DNA of 64,000 nucleotides from Ascidiella aspersa (Eukaryota): NCBI GenBank assembly GCA_963924565.1, contig OZ004613.1, positions 1,240,001 to 1,304,000 of the forward strand, read 5' to 3'. Shown piece by piece: positions 54,644 to 64,000 of this stretch (position 1 is its first letter; each line of letters starts with the position of its first letter). The notes under the pieces were generated by a model. It saw only the letters and a program-made list of their open reading frames with translations, ran no database searches and was not told where the DNA came from. The position numbers and the translations under genes were made by a program.

Positions 54644-57600
54644 ATGCCTCGAGTCCAGACCTCATCAGTGTGGCAGTGGTTTGTTAAGACGACCGACATG
54701 TACGACAGGGTCCAGGTTGTTTGTACCTTCGTTGGTTGCCACAAGAAGTTTAAGTGGCACGGGAGCACCACTGGAATGATCGCACACCTCAGGGTGAAGC
54801 ACCCCTTCACCCTCACTAACACCCAAGCCAACCCACCTAAGCCCAGACAACCGAAGCACAATTCCATTAAATCATGGTAAGTTGAACTCGCTACAGCGGT
54901 TTCAGTTGCCTGAAATGATAGAGTTTTTAGTTTAAATTGGACTCGATCAAGTTTGAATAAATTTCTCACCGGAAACATGGAAATTATCAGGGATGACGTC
55001 ACAAGGTTGCGTAATAAAGGGGCGTTTAAAACAAGCAATCTTAGAAAAACTGAGGTTGTCGTTCTAAGAATCTAAGCCGTGCACAAATATGCAACTTAAA
55101 TACAACTTTAAATACATTCAATCAGATGGCGGGATGGCCCATTAAAAATGGCAATATAAAATGGAAAAAAAGAACCTTTTTTACCGGTACGGCATTCTTG
55201 CAGAAATTTTTTTTCTGAAACTCCGTTCCGGATGGTTCCGGCTTGCTTGCTCCATTGGTTTTAACTGGAAGGATCGACTACTTAGCAATGATAGCGTACA
55301 AATATGTAGGGAACGCGTTGAAACGGCGTTCACATAATTAATTGTTTATTTCCGTATAGAAGTATAGGCAATAAAACCTGGTTTGGTAATTCGCTACAGC
55401 GATTTTAGTTTTTTTAAACAGGTTTGTAAATTCGATCGATATTTGATCAATTTCATCAAAAATTATCGACCACTCGGCACAAGTGACAACCTGTTAATTC
55501 TTGTAAATTGGTTTAGCTACAATTTAAGTCGCGAGTGTAACACTTGAAATATTTCAGCTTTGTTTTACGATTTCGTTTAAAACCATCAAGGTTTTTTAAT
55601 TACAACGATCGACGACTGAACTTATGTTTTACGTAAACTTTGAAGATTCAGACTCGGATTTTTGTAAAAACTTTGTATGAAGTGCTTATGGGTTACTGAC
55701 CTGTCAATAGCAATTTTAACAGTGTTGCTCTTAAAAATGTCAAAATTTTTTAATTACAAAATCCTTCTTAAAACTTTTTTATGTTAAGATTAACCCCAAT
55801 TTTGCAAAAATATTTTCTCCAGGGCTCCTCGCGATCAAAAAAGAGTCAAATCAGAGCTCACCGATTTCCAACCCCAACAACTTCAACAACAACAACCCCA
55901 AACACAATCGCTACCCCCCCAATTCCCCATAGAACCCCAGAACTCTGACGTCACACATACGTCACAATGCAGCAGCGCTCTGGCCACTTTCAGCGCCCTT
56001 TCCACGCCCCAACCGCAAGTTTCCGACCAGATTTCCGACATTCAGTGCTCCCTGGTTATGACGTCACCGCAGGATGACGTAACGACCGATATTCATCCGC
56101 AATCAGAGGTATTCATCCGCGAGCCTCTTGTATCTTCAACTTTCATGGAAGGATTCAATCACATCTACGAGAAGATATTCAACTATTTGGTGGACGACCT
56201 GCGACCTGTCGCTCTGGTCAGCGAACCCGGGTTTCGAGCCTTTGTGACGTCAATAGGGTGTGACGTAACGCTGCCGAGCGAGTCCGAGATGGGGGAATAC
56301 CTCAAACTGAAACACCTTAACGCTAAGAGTTCGATTTTATTCAAACTCAACTCTGCGATCGAAGAAGGGGCGAGGTTTGCTGTTAGCGCCCACTCTTGGC
56401 CGTACAAGGTCAAAGGTCATTGTCTTACCACGAGGATCCATTACGTCACCTCCGACTGGCGACGGGTGACCTTTAACCTCGGCACCGCGTACCTAGGGAA
56501 CAATAAATCGCAGCACGAAATCGAGAAGCGGGTTCTCGCAGTTTTGGAGAGCTACAACATCCAAACAAGCAGCGTTGTCGCGTTTGTTCACGACGCAAGC
56601 TACCAAAGTGTCGCGTCCGGCAAGAATGTCGCGTCGCGTGTCGCGCCGCAAACGTCCCCGTGTGTCGCGCAGCTGCTCCAGTTTGTCGTGTGTCGCTCCC
56701 TCCAAGCAAATAGCGAGGTCTCAAGCGCAATTATAACTGCCAGAAACCTAGTGGACCGCATCAAATCGAGCGATGACGTAGCCGCTGATGACGTCAGGAA
56801 GGATATGTGTACACACGTCAATGCTGCGATGACGTCAGCCACCTTGGACGAAGTTAGCGGATGGGTTAGCGTGTTCCACACCCTTAAGTATATGATCGAA
56901 AACCGTCATGTTATCTCAGGTTTAGCAGCTTCAAGCTGCTTGACAACCTCCCAGTGGAATCTGCTGGAGGAAATAGTCGCTCTGCTGAAGCCGTTTGAAG
57001 CGGTGGCCAGCTTCCTGAGCAGAAATTCCTTCCCCCCGATGTCAACTTGCCCGATCCTACTTTCAGGTTTGGAGCGATTCACTCGACCTTTCAACTTTAA
57101 CCTTTCACCGCCCGCCCTGGGGAACCCCCGCTACTGCGTGGCGGCCGAGGTATTGCGCAACTCGATGCACGAGATCCTGAGCGCGCGATGCCTTTATGAC
57201 GTCACTGGCTTTGTAACAATGGCAGGAGCGCTCGACCCACGATTTTGTAAACTTAAGCATCTGAGGAAGACGGAGAGGACACAGGTTGGTGATTTATTTT
57301 TACTTATTGCGATTTTTAACAAAAGCGTTAAGAACTGCAACCTTGTAATGGGTTTATAAAGAATTTTGAAAGACCTTTTTAGCCTAACTAACTATGGAAA
57401 TATATAAAACAAAAGTCGTAAGTCTAAAGTGAGCCTAAATCATAAAACATTAGTGAAAGTGAAAAACTTACTGAACCATTAAATAGAAATCGCTTGTGTG
57501 CTGAAATTATCACAGTAGAGTTAGACACAACAAATATTTATATAAACTGTTGCTACCAGGCGTAGGAATAGCAATCAAAAAGCTCCTCTGGTAATTGTAA

Positions 57601-58195
57601 TTCTTCACGAACGTTTCGGCAAACTATGCAAATCGCCTTCGTCAGGGACAACACTGTTGACACTTTTTTCGACAAAAAAATATATTTATTTGTATTTTAA
57701 GGTATTTCATATTGAAACTAAGATTCGTAGCAAACTACAATTACAACTCCAATCCCCTGATTCCACCAACAGGTTCAAGACGCTCTCAACCTTCTCTGTA
57801 CTCCCCACTTTGAACAACCGGACGAGACCAAAGATGGCGGCCAAACCACGAGCGGTGTGCTCGACAACTTACTCGGTGTGACGTCATCGGTTTGGTCGGA
57901 TGACTCGGACGACGAAGCGGCGCCGATAAACGACGAAATATCGCGATATTTCAGGATCGCGGTTCCAGGGCAGGCCTCGGACCCCCTGGCCTGGTGGAGG
58001 TCCAAGGAAGGGGCTTTCCCGGTTCTGGCCAAGTTAGCCCGGGGCCACCTTTCGGTTCCAGCGGCCGTCGAGCGTACCGAGGTCGCTTTTTCACCTTCAG
58101 GAAGCGATTTTGTGCGCTCAAGGTCAAATATCGCGCTCGAGCATTTGGACAGCGTTTTGTTCTTGCACGAGAATCGCTTCTTTATTGCGTCATAA
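54644..58195 (+). CDS. ZBED-type protein (BED zinc finger, hAT transposase-like core, hATC dimerisation domain), ~705 aa; domesticated and predicted catalytically inactive
   Basis: Exons 54644-54876, 55823-57284 and 57773-58195 join in frame (2118 nt). BED: SVWQWF..CTFVGC..GSTTGMIAHLRVKH. Core: DLRPVALVSEPGFRAF, W..LEEIVALLKPFEAV, ALDPRF. hATC: DPLAWWR..FPVLAKLARGHLSVPA..E.AFS..RS.I....LD..LFLHEN. Confidence 0.9.
57541..57648 (-). mobile_element. Penelope-like pLTR remnant with a hammerhead core, in ZBED intron 2
   Basis: Minus strand: cCUGACGA-a-GGCGA(uuugcauagu)UUGCC-GAAACGUUC-gugaagaa...ccugguagcaacag. Shares CTGTTGCTACCAG with the copies at 15044 and ~17244. Confidence 0.55.
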
Positions 58196-58204
58196 TGGTC
58201 GCAA

Positions 58205-58500
58205 CGCGCGATCCGCGAACATTTTATTCCGATAACCGATACTTGGCAAAAGAAATTCGACTTCCCGAGTGATGTGTCAAATAAGTGAAAAGGATAAAAC
58301 TGTGAAAATGTAATGCTTTTAAGGCACCAGTTGTTAACATGCTGTTTTTTTTGGAAAAATTTGATAAATTTACCTCCCAAAATTGAATCGCTTACGCCGT
58401 ATCACAACTATGGCTAAAATGTCTAAGTTATTTTGGTATCGGACGAGTACAGATACTACCGCTTGGTATCGGGTATCGGCTCCGATCCGATATTATCAGT
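58205..58500 (+). repeat. Copy of a dispersed GATAC/CCGAT-rich repeat family (probable non-autonomous DNA element)
   Basis: cttggtatcgggtatcggctccgatccgatattatc is the exact reverse complement of sequence at 61149-61184. Related copies occur at ~1561-1640, ~40795-40975 and ~63325-63397. Confidence 0.75.
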
Positions 58501-59867
58501 CCTTGTTGGACCAAACCGTTTTGTATTTAGCTGTTTTTTACGCGCACAAAAACAACAAAAAAACTTGTGCTCAACCTCTGGTTGTTTACCTGTGGGTAAT
58601 TATCCCCAAATAAGCAATTTTACGACTAAAAATGGTTAATTTTTAATTTTGAACGACGATATCTTTAAACGCTAAATGTCAAAAATGTAAAATCAGCATT
58701 TCCGTTGCTAAAAGTGGTTAATGTTAAATTTAAATCCAAGATTTAGTCTGGTTTGTTTATCAATAGGTCACACGTTTTTTCAGTTTTAAAAGGTGTAATT
58801 GAAATGGGCTACTTGTTGCTCAGGACTAACCACCTTATAAGGTTATGAACCATTTTGCCGACGCCCGAGTCCGAATCTGCATCCTGTATTCCATTAATCG
58901 ACATAACTAAAGTATTGTGGGTATTTAGCAATCCACTCATACGGGAGTCATTTAATTTGTCAAAACAATAAAGCGTTGGAAAATATCCACTGTATGCTAT
59001 TCCACCCTACAATTTACAGTTGGCGGCCATATCAGTTTCGAAATTTGGTACTGCGCATGTCGTCGGACTCGGGACTCCGGTGTAGTTTTACGTGGTCTTA
59101 CTCGAGTCCTGACACAAATACGTAAACTTAGCTCATACTGGAATTTGAATGTCATTATATGGCGTAAAAAAACTTCTACAAGCTTAAATGTTTCGCTACA
59201 AATAAACTGCCATCCAATGTAAAAAAAATCGTGTTTTATTTCAAACAACCTTCACTTTTTAAAATTAATGCTACCTATACTTCTGCATGGCATTTATATA
59301 TATACACAATTATACATCTTAATTTAAAGTCTAACTATTTTACATCAATGATAACTACGTTGGGTTCAGTATGCGGGCTTGCATTCAATTTTCAGAAATC
59401 GAGCAACTAAAGAATTTTCATCAATGCTAAATACAAGTTACCATAGGCACTTTTTTAGAAATTTTGTCAAGTTTTAGGCTAAATTAGCTCAATATTAAGT
59501 TAAAATACCAGGATATGCTCACTTACTTTCGAGTTGTTTTTTAATAAAACGCACCAATCACTTTTTTTCTTTAAAATGCCGTTATTCTGCGTGGCAGTGT
59601 TTAATTAGTATTAAAAAACCTAATGTTTAACGGATAAATGAGTTAAATTTATCTGAATAGAATAAAACAGAAAGCTCGCAAACTGTAAAAATTGCTATAT
59701 TTATACCAATAAACCAATAATATCACACGTGAACAAGTTTCTGACACTCAAGTTTTGCAATATTTTAAAATGAAGCTTTTATTCCATATCACCACAAACG
59801 TTTTGTTTTTGCTCAAAAATCCACACAAAGACGCTCAATTAGGAGCTCTGCTTGCGCGTGTTCTCAT

Positions 59868-61027
59868 CTACTCCAGTTTATCGGTGCAAGAAGGAAAGAA
59901 ATACTTTTCGGTGCAGCTGCAGGTTCCTGAACCAGTGCAACATCTGGTCGCTTCTGAAGCAAGCCCGCAGCAGATTGTGCAGAAGTTCTCTTTATCGTGC
60001 TCGTAAAGTGCGGCTGTGGGTAAAACATGGGGTTTAAATACTTCACTGGTCACTTTAATCGCGACTTTCTTTCGAATAACAGAATCTACCGGAATCCGAA
60101 TGTTTATAAAAAAGCGATTTCTCACGATTAAATTCACAAAATTACAAAATGTAGAAAGTTCACTAGTTATGAAAAGTTGAAAATCTTTCACGAATGTAAA
60201 AATATATTAGAAAATAAAAAATAATTAATGAATGTAAAAAGAAAAAACACAACAGTCCAACAAATTATCGCCAAACGTAACAATTATCACGAAATACAAA
60301 AAAAAGGCAAAAAAATGTTAAAAGTGAAACTCATCACATTCGAAAAAAAAAATAAAAAAATAAAAAGCATATATATGAAAAAAACACGGGAAACACAAAA
60401 GATCACTCACCGGCGAATTCTTCATAAGATTGTTCCTTATCTTCCCTTGAAGGTCCATCCTGAAGACACTTGGCTCCCGACCCCACACTCTCGCAAAGTT
60501 CGTTCCCCGAACAGCATTTCACGTCGCCGTCAATCTGGCTGCACACGCTGCATGTTCGGCCTAAGATACAAGTAAAACATGTTTTTACTTTTATTTCAAA
60601 TAAGAGTTACGTGATATCCGTGCTTGAAGACGATAAATTTTGCCCGAAAATCTTATTTTAATTATTTTTTTATTAATAATTTTCACTTACTAGTTCTGGC
60701 CCAAATGATTTGCTATTTTGTATTTAATACTTTTATTAAACTGTTTACCATTAACAATGATATAGAGACTAATTGCAAAATTTAAAAAAAGGTGCAGCCG
60801 ATAGTAAGTTAAACCTGGTTTCATTTGACATTTTTTAAGTTAAAGTAATTAATTTAAACAAATGTTACAGTCTATTTACTTTCTAGTAAATAGTACTAAC
60901 CAAACTAAAAGAATGATAGTTTTAACAAGGCACCATTTTAAAAATAATTTTTACCCGCAGCTAATTCATTTATGCCAACGGCAAGACCAGCCAAGCATAG
61001 AACAAGGATTCCAACGAAGAACTTCAT
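59868..61027 (-). CDS. Small secreted protein with two related cysteine-rich modules (122 aa), family unassigned
   Basis: Exons 61027-60955, 60560-60411 and 60013-59868; both introns are GT-AG and phase 1; 369 nt in total. Translation: MKFFVGILVLCLAGLAVGINELAAGRTCSVCSQIDGDVKCCSGNELCESVGSGAKCLQDGPSREDKEQSYEEFAAALYEHDKENFCTICCGLASEATRCCTGSGTCSCTEKYFFPSCTDKLE*. It has a classic signal peptide, and AATAAA lies on the minus strand ~85 nt after the stop. Confidence 0.88.
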
Positions 61028-61148
61028 CTTTTAGCAAATTTCGTACAATTTATTCTTACACACGATTCTGCTTTAGGTGAACAGAAAAGCACTTTTAAAA
61101 TCTTGTCGTATGGTTTCATTTCTTGTTCTTTAGGTTTAGTTCAAACTA

Positions 61149-61920
61149 GATAATATCGGATCGGAGCCGATACCCGATACCAAGTGGTAGAACGGTGTTC
61201 GTCCGATAATATCGGATCGGAGCCGATACCCGATACCAAGTGGTAGAACGGTGTTCGTCCGATACTCTAGGTCAGTGCTTTTCAAACCGTGGGATGGTAC
61301 GCACTTGTGCGGATGAGTAACGTCGTGCGGATGAAAATGGTGCATGGTATTATTTTTTATTATGTGCAATAAAAATGCAGTAAAGTCAATAATCAAATAA
61401 GCTGGTGCGCCCACTCACAGGTACAGTAATATAGTGGTTCATTGCAACTTAAGCTATCTATTTTATATCGGGTTAAGGTTCACGGTTTTAGTACACAAAC
61501 CCTTTCAATGTTATTTCACAAATAAATCTAAAGGTTGCAAACGTACGGATGGAAATTCTTCGAAATGTAAAAGTGCGGATGGAAATTTTAAAAGTTGAAA
61601 AGCACTGCTCTAGAGTGATATCGTTGTAAATCTGATATCAATTAAGCTCAGTTTAGTTTTTATTATCCAATATAGAGTTTTCTACATTGCAAGGTTAATT
61701 TCGAAATCTAATAAATTAAAAATGAGGAATAAATAACTTTCCTAAAACAAAGCAAATTTCGTAAAACAAAGCAGAGCCAAATTCCCTGAAATCATTAACA
61801 TTGTTAATTTTGTTTTGATCAATTTTGCTTGTCTGAGCATACTGATGACGTCATACGGGTTCGGATCGCGATAATTTTCGCCCAAAATATCGGATATCGT
61901 TATCGGAATAAAATGTTAAG
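61149..61920 (-). repeat. Inverted copy of the GATAC/CCGAT repeat family, with an internal 56-bp tandem duplication, interrupted by a MITE
   Basis: gataatatcggatcggagccgatacccgataccaagtggtagaacggtgttcgtcc x2 (61149-61260). The distal end ttatcggaataaaatgtt (~61900-61917) matches aacattttattccgataa at ~58218 in reverse. Confidence 0.7.
61273..61607. mobile_element. hAT-type MITE nested in another repeat
   Basis: TIRs CAGTGCTTTTCAA / TTGAAAAGCACTG, TSD-like ctctaggt / ctctagag (hAT NTCTAGAN preference), internal GCGGATG repeats. Confidence 0.85.
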
Positions 61921-63558
61921 TATCGGCATTCCTGATGAAAGTAAACTTTAGCGTTTGTGGGTATTTTTATTGATATAACGACAATCACATGTCAGTCTTA
62001 AGAATGCTGTTACTGTTTATCTGTTGCTACAATGCAAACACAGTAGCAAAGCATCAATAAAGAACCACAAAACGGTTATCGAGTAAGTTGACCCTGAACG
62101 TATAAGGAGTTCAGAAAAAAAAAAATTAAAGCAAAAATGCATGAGGAACGTTGGCAATGTAAACTATGTTTGGCGAAAAATGAAACAAAGAACAACTAGA
62201 TATTGTTGTGACATCATTTACAGCGAGTAACGTAAGAGGTTTAAATAGCAACTGGTTAATAATATCACAAAAGGGTAACTTTTAACACCCTCTTCAACAA
62301 TTTTAATAACTATTTATCAAAAACGTTGCCATAAAATGTAAAGACCGTTGGTTCTTAAACTGTTCGAACGCGGAGTCCTAAAAGTTGTCGGTAATGCAAA
62401 ACGTCACAAAACAAGTAGCCTTAAAAACCTGCTTTTTTAACAAACGTGAAACTCAAACCAAGTCTAAATACACTTAAGGAGAAGGAAGCACGAGTTTGTT
62501 TTAATTCAATTATTTGCCTTAGAAAAAAATTCATTATTTAATTTTTACACTAAGATTTTAATCAGGCCATTATACATCCCCAAACCACAGTTTAGGCCTG
62601 ATTAGACTTTGAAATTTGAGTGTGAATAACACGGTTGTGCGAAAGCTTGTCGAGATTTCACTTCACTTTGTCTTTATACAGTGCCACCTGATTCCTCTAT
62701 TTCAACACAAATACGGTCATTTACATAAATTCAAAGAAAAGTCGCCAAAGCGTTTAATCAAATATTCTATTATCATATAAAAAATCCACTCCATTCTTCA
62801 AATTTTACGCTGAGATTCAATCAGACCTTCATTGCCCCCAAACCCAGTTTAAGCCTGAGTTAGGCTTTTTTATTTCCTCAACGTCAAGACATATCTTTGC
62901 TGCTTGTCAGAAAAACGCCTTTCAACCCCCGTTCGACTAGTAACTGAGTGAACACAGCTACATTCGATCTAACGACGACCTCTGTTCATATTCTCACGCT
63001 AATCGCTATGACATCATCTTTCTCTGTTGCCTGTTAGAAGGTAAAGGTTACTCAGCTATATTAAATAAATAACTCCAATAGGTTGATGTATTTTGAAGGC
63101 ATTACAGTATATTATTGTAGGGGAAAGGGAGTAAAACTGTTTTGATTATTATTTGGGATATTACTATACTTGGTATTTTATTCCAACACCAATCTCTGAA
63201 ATTTTAAATAAAAATTACCGCGATCAGATACAAAATGACGTTTTTCTTATTGCTATGTTCAAAACCGCTGAGTTGAATCTCTCACCAAGGCTAAAGTTCC
63301 AATATTGATTTCATATCTGGTCAACACCGATACGACCGTAAAATCGGACGAATATCGATACACCAACTTGGGTATCAGCTCCGATCCAAGAATATCGTAC
63401 ATTTTATTTTGTGACTCTATTAAAGGTAAGTTCTTACCCCGTGCAAGGTCAATTGGTTAAGTAAAGTACTGGGCTGAAACAAATGAAAAGGGCGGCCTTA
63501 CAATAAGAAGTTGTCATAATACGACCGATTTAGGTAACAGTTCTAAATTGATTAAAAA

Positions 63559-63824
63559 CTATCTTATAAGAGTGTATAATGAATAGTCTAGATTGCGAAG
63601 AGATGAACAAACTTTTCCTTTACTCCCCAAGTTGCGCCACAATTCCAACTCCGCTGCTATCTTAGCCACACACGCCTCTCCAAAGCAACACGTGTGATTT
63701 TTCCCATCGCGCTTATTTTTAGCGAGCAAATATATGACGTCACCGGCTGGGTCTTCCAATTCTAAGCGCGTACGTTCTTTAAGCAACCTGCTGGTCAGAA
63801 AATATGTGGTCCAGCCCCCCAAGT
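63559..63824 (-). CDS. Probable terminal coding exon of an unidentified gene extending beyond the window
   Basis: A minus-strand acceptor (aaaatatag) lies at 63825-63826, and only one frame is open (..LGGWTTYFLTSRLLKERTRLELEDPAGDVIYLL..CCFGEACV..LIR*). GC content is higher than the flanks. No family recognised. Confidence 0.4.
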
Positions 63825-64000
63825 CTATATTTTTGTTGATTTTTGCTTCGTAAATACAATTTGGTTTGCGTTTTGCTAAATCCTTTATGCTTTAACTATT
63901 TTAGGCCTGTTTAAATAAATTTATTTAGCCCGAAGGCGCGGATCTAGCATTAGTGTTCGGGAGATAATAATTTTTTTCAAAAGTGACGTCATAAAGAAGT

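Noticed and set aside
57702-57881. Alternative ZBED exon-3 acceptor at 57701
   Set aside because: It leads to a stop at 57881 before the hATC domain; the acceptor at 57772 keeps the frame.
56183-58380. Minus-strand and alternative-frame ORFs over the ZBED gene
   Set aside because: Antisense shadows of a GC-rich CDS.
53948-61607. Idea that the two MITEs flanking the ZBED gene are the ends of one autonomous hAT transposon
   Set aside because: Each MITE is self-contained with its own TIR pair and a different TSD.
61842-61950. CTGATGA motifs at ~61842 and ~61932 as further hammerheads
   Set aside because: No stem II followed by GAAA.

Overview
AT-rich, intron-rich animal genomic DNA. Gene content and composition suggest an invertebrate chordate such as an ascidian; this is inference only. 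The ORF track is mostly noise because the real genes are spliced. I reconstructed them by hand using GT-AG junctions and reading-frame phase. (1) The 3' half of a RIG-I-like receptor helicase (+, <3-3379). (2) A complete ~1061-aa class-4-like transmembrane semaphorin (Sema-PSI-Ig-TM-long tail; 19 coding exons, +, 17717-50789) with a ~17.9-kb first coding intron. (3) A three-exon, ~705-aa ZBED-type gene derived from a hAT transposase that has lost catalytic residues (+, 54644-58195). (4) A three-exon, 122-aa secreted protein made of two related Cys-rich modules, which I cannot assign to a family (-, 59868-61027). (5) A probable last exon of another minus-strand gene (63559-63824). Non-coding features include four hAT-type MITEs with 8-bp TSDs, a dispersed repeat carrying minimal hammerhead-ribozyme-like motifs (Penelope-like), several fold-back palindromes, and tandem duplications, one of which creates a candidate 12-nt micro-exon. 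There is also a strong, regionally restricted excess of the palindrome TGACGTCA, including inside coding exons.
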